A stretch of DNA of 14,954 nt from Octopus sinensis (GCF_006345805.1 NW_021825668.1:1-14954), one strand, 5' to 3'. Positions 1 to 9,470 are shown, counted from the stretch's first letter. Program-made: numbers and translations. Notes: a model not told the origin generated them from the letters alone.

Positions 1-80
1 ATCGACGAACTTAACACCTTCCCCAAAATTGCTGGCCTTGTGCCAAAATTTGAAACCATTATCATTATTATTGTTGTTGT
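1..80 (+). mobile_element. 3' end of a tRNA-derived SINE (family A) with ATT/GTT tail
   Basis: aaaattgctggccttgtgcc resembles the 3' end (aaaatttcaggccttgtgcc) of the copies at 85-860; a simple-repeat tail follows. Confidence 0.7.
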
Positions 81-84
81 TTAA

Positions 85-860
85 GGCGGTGGGCTGGCAG
101 AATTGTTAGCACGCCGGGAAAAATGCTTACCAGTATTTCGTCTGTCTTTACGTTCTTAGTTCAAATTCCACCGAGGCTGACTTTGCCTTTCATCCTTTCA
201 GGGTCAATAAATTAAGTACCAGTTGTGTGCTGGGATCGATCTAATCGACTAGCCCTCTTCTCCAAAAATTTCAGGCCTTGTGCCTAAAGTGGGAAAGAAT
301 CGTGAGCACACCAGGCAAAATGCTTGGCCATATTTCGCCCATGTTCCCATATTCACATTCTGGTTTAAAACTCCACTGAGGGTAGCTTTGCCTTTCGTCC
401 TTTCAGGGTCGATAAATTAAGTACCAGTTGCATACTGGGGTCGATCTAATCGACTGGCCTTCTTCTCCGAAAATTTCAGGCCTTGTGCCTAAAGCAGAAA
501 AGAATTGTTAGCACACCAGGCAAAAATGCTTGGCCGTATTTTGCCCATTTTCACATTCTGGGTTCAAATTTCACTGAAGGCAGCTTTGCCTTTCATCCTT
601 TTGGGGTCGCAGCCCTCTTCTCCAAAAATTTCAGGCCTTGTGCCTAAAGTAGAAAAGAATCGTTAGCACACCAGGCAAAAATGCTTGGCCGTATTTCACC
701 CATGTTCATGTTCTGGGTTCAAATTCCACTGAGGGCAGCCTTGCCTTTCATCCTTTCAGGGTCGATAAATTAAGGACCAGCTGAGTACTGGGATCAATGT
801 AATTGACTATTCCCCTCCCCAAAATTTTAGGCTTGACCCTATAGAAGAAAGGATTGTTGT
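85..860 (+). mobile_element. Head-to-tail array of four family-A tRNA-derived SINE units
   Basis: Units at ~85-295, 296-500, 501-655 (internally deleted) and 656-860. A-box-like TGGCAGAATTG and B-box-like GTTCAAATTCC are present, and all units share gcctttcatcctttcagggtcgataaattaagtaccag-type sequence (truncated in unit 3). Confidence 0.85.
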
Positions 861-864
861 AGTT

Positions 865-1095
865 GTTGTTAACACAATGGGCAAATAGAATCGGACAAAA
901 TGCTTTGTGGTATTTCTTCGATCTTTGCATTCTGAGTTCAAACTCCACCAAGGTCACCATCTGCCTGAAATCCTTTCGGGGGCGGAGCTCGATAAGGTAA
1001 TGCACCGGTGAAGTACTGGGGGGGGGGGTCGATGTAAACAACTTAAAACCCACAGGCCTTCTCAAACTTGCAGGCGTTGTGCAAGAATTATTAAA
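865..1095 (+). mobile_element. Older, diverged family-A SINE copy
   Basis: Retains gagttcaaactccacc (B box), ggggtcgatgtaa and gcgttgtgc...aattatt in the same order as the younger units. Confidence 0.6.
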
Positions 1096-1336
1096 AAAAA
1101 AAACAGCTGTTGTTGTTATTGTTATTGTTGTTGATGTTCCCAGGGTGTTGCATCAAGCTCGTTAGACCTCTACGTTGTTTCTGATCCCACCCACCCCTTA
1201 CCAACCTCAAGACCACAGTACCAGAAATACAACAAGCTGTGTAACACCATCCTTGTTGTTATCATTGTTGTTGTTGTTGTTCTTCTTCTTCTTGTTATAA
1301 TTGTTGTAGTTGTTTTAAGTTATTCGTGTTTTCCCA

Positions 1337-1490
1337 TTGTCGTCGCCCTCGTTCCGCTTCTCCTACTCCTTCTCCTCCTTCTTTCTTCTTCCTCCTCCTC
1401 TTCCTCCTCCTCCTCCTCCTCCTCCTCCTCTTCCTCTCCTCTTCCTCTCCTCTTCCTTCTTCTTCTCCTTCGCTTTCTTCGATCTTCTTC
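1337..1490. repeat. (CCT)n/(CTT)n homopyrimidine tract
   Basis: Almost purely C/T on the + strand; explains ORFs 1295..1720, 1320..1538, 1337..1729 and 1363..1563. Confidence 0.95.
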
Positions 1491-1540
1491 TCCACCCCGT
1501 AGAGCTCTGCAGCACACACACACACACACACACACCATTC

Positions 1541-1630
1541 ATTGGTCCTTTCCTTTCCTTCACTGCTGCACCTCCTCTCTGCGACGGGCACTATAAAATC
1601 CACCACTCTGCGGCGTGGGCCTTTGTTCAT
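1541..1630 (+). promoter_or_regulatory. Candidate Pol II core promoter: reverse CCAAT (ATTGG 1541-1545) and TATA box (TATAAAA 1592-1598)
   Basis: Consensus TATA in a locally GC-richer, non-repetitive island. The predicted start is ~1620-1630, followed by an ATG-free segment ending at a strong splice donor. Confidence 0.6.
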
Positions 1631-1750
1631 CCTGAGAGCTTCTATAGACCAGGAAGTCCCGCGGTACAAAAGCAAGAAAGAACAACACCTCGAACTCATA
1701 AACGTGAACCAAATATACAAACCTATTAAGAACCTGTTTTATCAGTTGTG
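1622..1750 (+). other. Putative non-coding exon 1 (5' UTR) of the secreted Pro/Tyr/His-rich protein gene
   Basis: Downstream of the TATA box, contains no ATG and ends at GTG|GTAAGG (donor 1751). The link to the acceptor at 8665 is inferred and the start is approximate. Confidence 0.55.
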
Positions 1751-1771
1751 GTAAGGAATGATTACATTTTA

Positions 1772-1823
1772 TAAATATATATATATGTATATGTGTATAT
1801 ATGTATATATATGTATGTATATA

Positions 1824-1856
<33 letters not shown>

Positions 1857-1951
1857 ATATGTATGTATGTATGTATATATATGTATATATGTATGTATAT
1901 ATATATGCATGTATGTATATGTATGTATGTATATATATGTATGTATATATG

Positions 1952-1984
<33 letters not shown>

Positions 1985-2073
1985 ATATATATATACATAT
2001 ATATATATACATATATATACATATATATACATACATATATACACGAACACATATATATATAATATTCATATAT

Positions 2074-2106
<33 letters not shown>

Positions 2107-2145
2107 CCATACATATATATATATTTATATATTATATAATATATT
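1772..2145. repeat. Compound (TA)n/(TATG)n/(CA)n microsatellite
   Basis: Direct reading; source of the YI/MYVC ORFs. Confidence 0.95.
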
Positions 2146-2227
2146 CTTAGTTTTTTATATGCTAGACCACTGGTGTGAAATTGATGTTAATTAAATTAAT
2201 ATCTAATTTCTCACCCTCATTTAAATT

Positions 2228-2230
<3 letters not shown>

Positions 2231-2294
<64 letters not shown>

Positions 2295-2390
2295 TATAAT
2301 ATATATGTATATATATAAATATGTATTATGTATGTATATATCTATACATATAAATATGATTGAAGTATGTTTATATATGTATATATATAT
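2231..2390. repeat. (TA)n microsatellite, degenerate at the 3' side
   Basis: Direct reading. Confidence 0.95.
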
Positions 2391-2615
2391 TAGGGTGGTG
2401 CAAAAGTTTGGATACATAGGCAATTTGTTATATAACAATTTATGGTTTACAAGTGTTCTGCGCTTTCTGAAATTCTTGGCTTTTCTGCCATGGCTACCAA
2501 TCTGAATGACAGGAAAATGAAATTAGATATGATAATAATATGATCAAAATCATGCTAAAGATAAGAAATACGTTTTTGTAATTTCTCTATGGGTCCACAC
2601 TTTTGCACCACCCTG
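2391..2615. mobile_element. Tc1/mariner-type MITE (~225 bp)
   Basis: Left end agggtggtgcaaaagtttggatacatag matches the reverse complement of the right end ctatgggtccacacttttgcaccaccctg. TA follows at 2616-2617 and the element sits in a TA tract. Confidence 0.85.
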
Positions 2616-2616
2616 T

Positions 2617-2725
2617 ATGTGTGTGTGTGTCTGTATGTAGATATGTGGGTATGTACATATGTATGTATGTATGTTTTTATACTGGTACATATAATTACAT
2701 ATATATGCATACATATATATATATT

Positions 2726-2804
<79 letters not shown>

Positions 2805-2845
2805 TGTATATTATATATATAATATTTATATATTATATATATATG
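2617..2845. repeat. Compound TG/TATG/TA microsatellite
   Basis: Direct reading. Confidence 0.9.
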
Positions 2846-3045
2846 TGATCTCTTGAGCACACCAGCTCAAATATTTTTTCCTCTGTCTTCCCTTCTTGGG
2901 ATCTTTCCTTCTCCTTGTTTCCGACGAAGAGCTCCGCTCGAAACGTTTAAACCCTCCTTCCCTGAGCGTCAATAATACTTAATTGTTTCACGTCCTCGCG
3001 TTGCTGTGTTTTTTTTTCTCTTTTTTTTCTGTGTTTTCTTGTTTG
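2846..3045 (+). mobile_element. Penelope-like retroelement terminal-repeat fragment with hammerhead-like motif
   Basis: Pyrimidine-rich unit homologous to 3160-3355, carrying CCGACGA-A-GAGC-tcc-GCTC-GAAACGT. Minimal hammerheads are a known hallmark of Penelope-like element repeats. Confidence 0.6.
2917..2953 (+). ncRNA. Minimal hammerhead ribozyme-like motif (degenerate)
   Basis: GTTT / CCGACGA (core variant, U4->C) / A / stem II GAGC:GCTC / GAAA / CG / T T / T AAAC. Stem I GTTT:AAAC is offset by one extra T. Confidence 0.55.
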
Positions 3046-3054
3046 GATTACTTT

Positions 3055-3081
3055 ATATATATATATTATATATATATCTAC

Positions 3082-3158
<77 letters not shown>
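3055..3158. repeat. (TA)n microsatellite
   Basis: Direct reading. Confidence 0.95.
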
Positions 3159-3159
<1 letters not shown>

Positions 3160-3161
<2 letters not shown>

Positions 3162-3355
3162 CACGTGGGTATCATCAGCAATTTCCTTCCTCCGTCTTCC
3201 CTTCTTTGGACTTTTTCCATATTTCTGATGAAGAGCTCCGCTCGAAACATGAAATCCTCTTTCTTTTCTTTGCTTTCCTGAGCATCCAATAACACAGTAC
3301 TTGTACCACGTCCTCACACTGTTGTTTCTTCTTGCTTGTTCTTGTTTGGATTGAG
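3160..3355 (+). mobile_element. Second Penelope-like terminal-repeat fragment with hammerhead-like motif
   Basis: Aligns by eye with 2846-3045 (tcttcccttc..gga, gaagagctccgctcgaaac, cctgagc.tc.aataa, cacgtcctc.c..tg.tgt). Confidence 0.6.
3221..3255 (+). ncRNA. Minimal hammerhead ribozyme-like motif (probably inactive)
   Basis: ATTT / CTGATGA (perfect core, 3225-3231) / A / GAGC-tcc-GCTC / GAAA / C A T G / AAAT. The cleavage triplet is corrupted (ATG). Confidence 0.6.
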
Positions 3356-3576
3356 TATATATATATATATATATAAAATACACAATCTCAAGAATAATCA
3401 GCTGAAATTGCGATGATAATCTGGTGCTTGACTGAGGATAGAGGGCTTCGAATGACCCGTCCTTGTATTTTTTGTATCGTCTATTTGGATGTTTTGTTAT
3501 CCCTTTCTGTATCACCTAGTTGTCCAGATGTTTTGCATTCTTGTCTCATTTTGTATTTTATATATATATATATATA

Positions 3577-3971
3577 CTAGCAGTATCGCCCGGCGTTGCT
3601 TGGGTTTGTAAGGAAAATAACTATATAAGCATTTTTAGAGAGTTATAGCCAAAAAATAGCAAAAAAATGCATTAGAAATGGAAAAAAAAGATGGTAAATT
3701 TTTTTTTAAATCGTAGACTCATCGTAGACATTTTTAGAGAGTTACTTCCCTTATATAATAGCGAAAAAATGCATTAAAAGGGAAAAAAATTATGGTAAAT
3801 TTTTTAAAATTGTAGACTCATCGTAGATGCGCGCTAATACCCAGAAGCGCTCGATATGAATCATGACTATAAGATAGCCGGTTTTGGTTAAACTGCACCG
3901 CAAAATGTGGGAGTAGTTAGGAATCTAAATCGTAGGAGACACACACAAAACTTGACTTTTATATATAAAGA
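3577..3971 (-). mobile_element. Non-autonomous Helitron
   Basis: On the minus strand it begins TC (3971-3970) after an A and ends CTAG (3580-3577) before a T. A GC-rich imperfect hairpin (cccaagcaacgccggg) lies just before the 3' end, and there is no TSD. Confidence 0.7.
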
Positions 3972-4569
3972 TATGTAGAAAGTTGATTGTTATGACCAGT
4001 CAGAGAGTGACCACTCGATGCTCAGTAGCCAATGGTTTTGTTAATAAGTCCATGTCTCCCAGCCACAGTCCTGATTCAATGCATCTTGAAATTGGAGATA
4101 CTAAAACTGTTTGAAAGACCATTGGGTAGAACATACCTATGATTCAAAAGTTGCAGATTTGCCATATATTATGAGACGCTGATTCCAATGGAGAATTAGG
4201 CATAGGGTATTTGTGCGTCTATGGAATACTCAGCCAGTTAAAGTCAGAGTCAATGAGCAGATGGTTCGTTCAGTAAACAACTGGACATTCATTATTGAAA
4301 TTTACAGAGAACAATTTTTAGTGTATATGTATGTAGACAGATGTGTATACAAGCATAGATACAGTGTATGTTTGTATATGTACGGCCTTTTTATTATGAT
4401 TTAAGCTGGTCACATACACATACAAACTTATATATATATGAATCTATATGTAATATGTATATGTATGTATGTATAAATATATATATATTATATATCATAC
4501 CTAAAAAGGTCTTTTTTAACATACTGACTACTTGGTAAAATTATTAATTAATTAATTAATTAATTTTAC

Positions 4570-4640
4570 ACTATATATATATGTCTATGTATATTTGCAT
4601 GTACATTTTTTCATCAGATTTAGACACACACACACGCGCA

Positions 4641-4678
<38 letters not shown>

Positions 4679-4845
4679 CACATACACACATTTATAGCTA
4701 TGTCTATATATGCATGCATAAAAACATATATACATAGACACATAAATATATTGATATATATATATATATTTACACACGCATAAATATATGCATACACACA
4801 CACACACACACAACACACACACACACACATACACACACATTCATA
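4570..4845. repeat. Compound (TA)n/(CA)n microsatellite
   Basis: Direct reading. Confidence 0.9.
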
Positions 4846-4899
4846 TACCTATTAAATAATTTGCATCACAGAAGCAAAGGCATACAGTAACAGAAAAAT

Positions 4900-4963
4900 T
4901 TTTTTTATTCTCTTGTTCTTTTATATGTCTCAGCCTTGAGGGTTTGGCCATGCTGGGGCACTG
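4900..4963 (-). mobile_element. Short, diverged 3'-end fragment of family-B SINE
   Basis: tggccatgctggggcactgc and the preceding ttcttttatatgtctcag resemble the reverse complement of ggcggtgctccagcatggccg...ctgaaacaagtaaaagag at 6394-6445. Confidence 0.45.
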
Positions 4964-5044
4964 CAAAATAAAATTCTAAATTATATTTTTCTTTTATTTA
5001 TTTATTGTTTTCAATTCATCAATTCAGCCAGTCATATACTGTGA

Positions 5045-5061
5045 TGTATATATTATAGCAT

Positions 5062-5112
<51 letters not shown>

Positions 5113-5348
5113 TATATATTGTATGTATATATATATATATATGTGTATATATATATATATTAGTATATAATATATATATATATAATATATATAATATATA
5201 TAATATATTGCATATATATATCATATAATATATATATATATATATATAATATATATATCTATATATATAATATTATATATATACACATATATATATTACA
5301 TATATATACATATATATATATACATATATATATACCTATATATATATA
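5045..5348. repeat. (TA)n degenerate microsatellite
   Basis: Direct reading. Confidence 0.95.
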
Positions 5349-5597
5349 TTGGGTTGGGCATAATTTTGCAGCTTTTTTTCAACAAATTTTATTCAAGAAA
5401 AACAATCACATGTAAGAAATAAAAAATCTTTAAATGATTATTCCGGAGCATATTCACCATCTACTTCAATTATTGCTTCCCATTTGCTTGGCCAATGGTC
5501 AGACCATCATTTAAAGATGTTTTTGTTAAATATTGTTATTGTCTTTGTTGAATAAAATTTGTTGATAAAAAGCCGCAATAATTATGCACCAACCCGA
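5349..5597 (-). mobile_element. Internally deleted mariner element (MITE) retaining the transposase C-terminus
   Basis: ~50-bp TIRs (5349-5397 and 5548-5597) with TA on both sides. The minus strand reads ..WPSKWEAIIEVDGEYAPE* (stop 5438-5440), like the mariner C-terminal LPxRWxxxIxxxGxY motif. Confidence 0.85.
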
Positions 5598-5739
5598 TAT
5601 AAAATTTTTTTTTAAATACAAAGATCAAACAAAAAAAAACAACAACACCAGGAGATGGTATTGCCAAAGTATTAGCAGACGCTCAGGGAAGGAAAGAAAC
5701 TTTGCTTTATATTTCGAGCAAATGTATATATTCACATTT

Positions 5740-6468
5740 GGTGCAGGATTGGCTGTGTGGTTCCGGGTTCAGTCCCACTGCGTGGCATCTTGGGCAAGTG
5801 TCTTCTGCTATAGCCCCGGGCCGACCAATGCCTTGTGAGTGGATTTGGTAGATGGAAACTGAAAGAAGTCCATCGTATATATAGGCGCAGGAGTGGCTGT
5901 GTTAAGTAAGTAGCTTGCTTACCAACTACATGGTTCCGGGTTCAGTCCCACTGCGTGGCATCTTGGGCATTGTCTTCTGCTATAGCCCCGGGCCGACCAA
6001 TGCCTTGTGAGGATTTGGTAGATGGAAACTGAAAGAAGTCCATCGTATATATAGGCGTAGGAGTGGCTGTGTGGTAAGTAGCTTGCTTACCAACTACATG
6101 GTTCCGGGTTCAGTCCCACTGCGTGGCATCTTGGGCAAGTGTCTTCTGCTATAGCCCCGGGCCGACCAATGCCTTGTGAGTGGATTTGGTAGACGGAAAC
6201 TGAAAGAAGCCTGTCATATATATGTATATATATGTGTGTGTCTGTGTGTCTGTGTTTGTCCCCCTAGCATTTCTTGACAACCGATGCTGGTGTGTTTACA
6301 TCCCCGTCACTTAGCGGTTCGGCAAAAGCGACTGATAGAATAAGTACTGGGCTTACAAAGAATAAGTCCCGGGGTCGATTTGCTCGACTAAAAGGCGGTG
6401 CTCCAGCATGGCCGCAGTCAAATGACTGAAACAAGTAAAAGAGTAAGAGAGTAAAAGAGTAAAAAAGT
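5740..6468 (+). mobile_element. Family-B tRNA-derived SINE: two tandem 5' halves plus one full-length copy
   Basis: Units start at 5740 (deleted), 5884 and 6054 (170-bp period). Each has a GGCG(C/T)AGGAGTGGCTGTG-type head and B-box-like GGTTCAGTCCC. The last copy runs to a (GAGTAAAA)-type tail. Confidence 0.88.
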
Positions 6469-6726
6469 ATGCATGCATATGGATGTATGTAAAAATATGA
6501 AAATATATAGTTAAAAAATATTTATATATACATATATTATTATAAGTATATACACACACACACACATGCACACACAACACGCATGCACACACACACATAT
6601 ACACCCAGAATTTAGCATATATGATTTTAGTGCCATGCAATTTATTTTAGATATTTTTATGATGCCTTCATCTATTGTATAGCTGGTATGCATTTCATTC
6701 ATATAGTACACTTTACGTGTGTATAC

Positions 6727-6773
6727 ATATATTATTATTAATAATAATAGCATTATTATTATTATTATTATCA

Positions 6774-6807
<34 letters not shown>

Positions 6808-6823
6808 AATATTATTATTATTA

Positions 6824-6880
<57 letters not shown>
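6727..6880. repeat. (ATT)n microsatellite
   Basis: Direct reading; source of the poly-N ORF. Confidence 0.95.
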
Positions 6881-6881
<1 letters not shown>

Positions 6882-7044
6882 GTGGCACGTAAAAAGCACC
6901 CACTACACTCAACGTGGTTGGCGTTAGGAAGGGCATCCAGCCGTAGAAACACTGCCAAATCTGACTGGGCCTGATGAAGACTTCCGGCTTCACAGACCCC
7001 AGTTAAACCGTCCAACCCATGCTAGCATGGAAAACGGACGCTAA

Positions 7045-7078
<34 letters not shown>
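6882..7078 (+). mobile_element. 5'-truncated SINE 3' portion with (ATG)n tail
   Basis: ggcgttaggaagggcatccagccgtagaaac ... ccaacccatgctagcatggaaaacggacgctaa followed by (ATG)n. Recognised from memory as a common cephalopod SINE 3' end. Confidence 0.65.
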
Positions 7079-7080
<2 letters not shown>

Positions 7081-7358
7081 ACTATTATTACTATTATTAT
7101 TATCATTATTATTATTATTATTATTATCATTATTATTATTGCTATTATTACTATTATTATTATTATCATTATTACGATTATTATTATTATCATAATTATT
7201 ATTATTATTATTATTATTATTATTGCTATTATTACTATTATTATTATTATCATTATTACGATTATTATTATTATCATTATTATTATTGCTATTATTACTA
7301 TTATTATTATTATCATTATTACAATTATTATTATTATCATTATTATTATCATTATTAA

Positions 7359-7391
<33 letters not shown>

Positions 7392-7412
7392 CATTATTAT
7401 TATTATTAATAT
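7079..7412. repeat. Degenerate (ATT)n with higher-order repeat
   Basis: The variant block attgctattattactattattattattatcattattac(g/a)att occurs three times. Confidence 0.9.
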
Positions 7413-7460
7413 CTTATAGGATTCAGGTAACGCCTCCTGCAGGTACACAGAAACAAAAAT

Positions 7461-7658
7461 AAGAAGAGTGCCATTGTTATCACGTCAACGATATTTCTGC
7501 TTCTAGAGTGCCTTCCACGGGTTAAAAAAATAACCTTGCCAATCTACTTTATTGGGTACAACGTATGTTTCGACCAGTTCTGGGTCTCTTCAGGCACATC
7601 AATAAAAAGTCGCTAGATGCCAAAATATCGTTCACTTGATAACAATGGCACCCTTCTT
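7461..7658. mobile_element. Fold-back element: 46-bp inverted repeats around a hammerhead-containing spacer
   Basis: 7461-7506 versus the reverse complement of 7613-7658 gives 40/46 identical by manual alignment; the spacer is 106 bp. Confidence 0.75.
7548..7606 (-). ncRNA. Type I hammerhead ribozyme-like motif
   Basis: Minus strand reads TTTATTG atgtgc CTGAAGA GACC cagaact GGTC GAAA CA tacgt TG T A cc CAATAAA. The core, stems II and III and a GUA triplet are intact; proximal stem I is mismatched. Confidence 0.7.
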
Positions 7659-7709
7659 CTTTTATTATTATTAATAATAATAATAATAATGATAATAATA
7701 ATAATAATA

Positions 7710-8014
7710 CTGGAAACGTGGGTGGTTCTTTCAACATCCTTAAATAACCCTTATTCAGGGACCGTTAGAGCGGGATGGGCTACTCAACCTGAAGAAAATT
7801 CTAACTGGGCCCCACCTGCAAGGTTATGTGCTGTTTATCTTGATATGAGATCACCATATCGCGCACATATGGTTGTGATGCATGTGCCTGGTGTACCTTT
7901 ATCAGACGGGTAGTCATGATGGGTATATTGGGCTTCGTATATTTTACCCCAGTGTCACTTTGATGGCATGAACTGCTCTCTCACTCAATGATAATAATAA
8001 TAATAATAATAATA

Positions 8015-8055
<41 letters not shown>

Positions 8056-8060
8056 TATAA
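7710..8060 (+). mobile_element. 3' half of a non-LTR-type interspersed repeat (family C) with (AAT)n tail
   Basis: The first ~47 nt match the reverse complement of 12272-12318. The end (taccccag.gtcact..ctgctctctcactcaat) matches the reverse complement of ~11527-11563. An (AAT)n tail starts at ~7987. Confidence 0.75.
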
Positions 8061-8232
8061 ACAGCAACAATGATATTTTCATTTCGTGAGAATATCTCAT
8101 GACAAAGATGTTTTGTTTTTATTTTTAATCTTAATCACAAACTAGTTTCAAATTAATTGTGTGCAAGAAAGTCAATCAAAATTAATGCAGTAAATAATTA
8201 TGTACATAATTTGGAAGTAGCAGAATTACTTG

Positions 8233-8294
8233 TATACAAATTAATTGAACACCCTTCTTCTTTTATACAAATTAATTGAACACCCTTCTTCTTT
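8233..8294. repeat. Exact 31-bp tandem duplication
   Basis: tatacaaattaattgaacacccttcttcttt x2. Confidence 0.9.
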
Positions 8295-8541
8295 TATTAT
8301 TATTAATAATAATGATAATAATAATAATATATGTTACATTTTCTGGGGCCTTATATATCTGTTGAAATGTTTGTTTGATGGGTACTGTTTTTTATGTCCA
8401 CCCTGACAAGATTGATCCATAGCTGACCATTATTCATCCCATCGCAAGTATTTTGGATACATCCATCGAAACATATGTAGGAGATACGAAGATATAAATG
8501 TTTTAATAATATTTTGAACGTTTGTCTTCTTTTTCTATTTT

Positions 8542-8589
<48 letters not shown>

Positions 8590-8680
8590 ATATAGATATA
8601 TATATAATATATATAATATATACAGTATATACACACATACATACATGCTTAATCTTCATTTTCAGAATCCTACCAACAAA

Positions 8681-8726
8681 ATGTATACGTATCTTCTACT
8701 TTTGGCCCTAGTCACCATCTTTGGAG
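8681..8726 (+). CDS. Coding exon 2 (exon starts 8666): signal peptide MYTYLLLLALVTIFG
   Basis: Acceptor cttaatcttcattttcag| at 8665, A-rich context aacaaaATG, hydrophobic core, and donor GAG|GTAATG at 8727 (phase 1). Confidence 0.85.
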
Positions 8727-8756
8727 GTAATGTAGCCTTTCTTTTCCTTACATTTT

Positions 8757-9114
8757 GATTGTGTGTATGTGAGAGAATGTGTATGTGTGTGTGCACACGT
8801 GTGTATCTGTGTTTGTGTGTGTATGTGCATGTGAATGTGTGTATGTTTGTGTGTGTGTGCGTAAGTATGCATGTGAGAGTATACACATATGTGATTGTGT
8901 GTATTTGCATGTATATGTGTGTGTGTGTATGTATCTATGTGTGTGTATGCATGTAAGTGTATGTGTGTGTTTTATGTGTATATGTATGTGTATATATGTA
9001 TGTATGTATATGTATGAGTGTGTGTGTATGTATCTATGTGTGGGAATGCATGTAAGTGTGTGTGTATGTATGAGAGTGTGTGTATGTATCTATGTGTGTG
9101 TATGCATGTAAGTG

Positions 9115-9155
<41 letters not shown>
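8757..9155. repeat. Compound (TG)n microsatellite with higher-order unit gtatgtatctatgtgtg..atgcatgtaagtg x3
   Basis: Direct reading. Confidence 0.9.
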
Positions 9156-9156
<1 letters not shown>

Positions 9157-9470
9157 AAATGTTTTTATTTTTCATTCCCTTCGAAACTTTATCCCCAATA
9201 GTGGTTTGGAATTTAGCTGTTCTTTCTAGCGTGTAAGGAGTCCTATAATAGATGCCTCTTATGTGTTTAAATGTACACTGTATTTATATTAATGTGTGTA
9301 TGTATGCTTGTATGCTTGCACATGGAAGTAGTTCTCTGTGTGTGTATATGTGTTGTGTGTGTGTATGTGTGTGTGTGTACATTTTTGTTTTTATATATAA
9401 CTTTATGTTTTTGTTTATATTTACACATTTTTAATTCATATTTATTTAATGGTGTTATTATATTTTCCAG

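Noticed and set aside
85-860. CRISPR-like array (also 5740-6230 and 11578-12930)
   Set aside because: Units are 155-335 bp whole-unit duplications without unique spacers, in a eukaryotic context with no cas genes.
3425-3460. CTGAGGA-TA-GAGGGCTTC-GAAT hammerhead-like string
   Set aside because: Weak stem II, GAAT instead of GAAA, and no valid stem III or NUH; at best a heavily decayed relic.
6970-7000. CTGATGAAGAC as a fourth hammerhead
   Set aside because: No stem II followed by GAAA; it looks like a chance variant inside a SINE 3' region.
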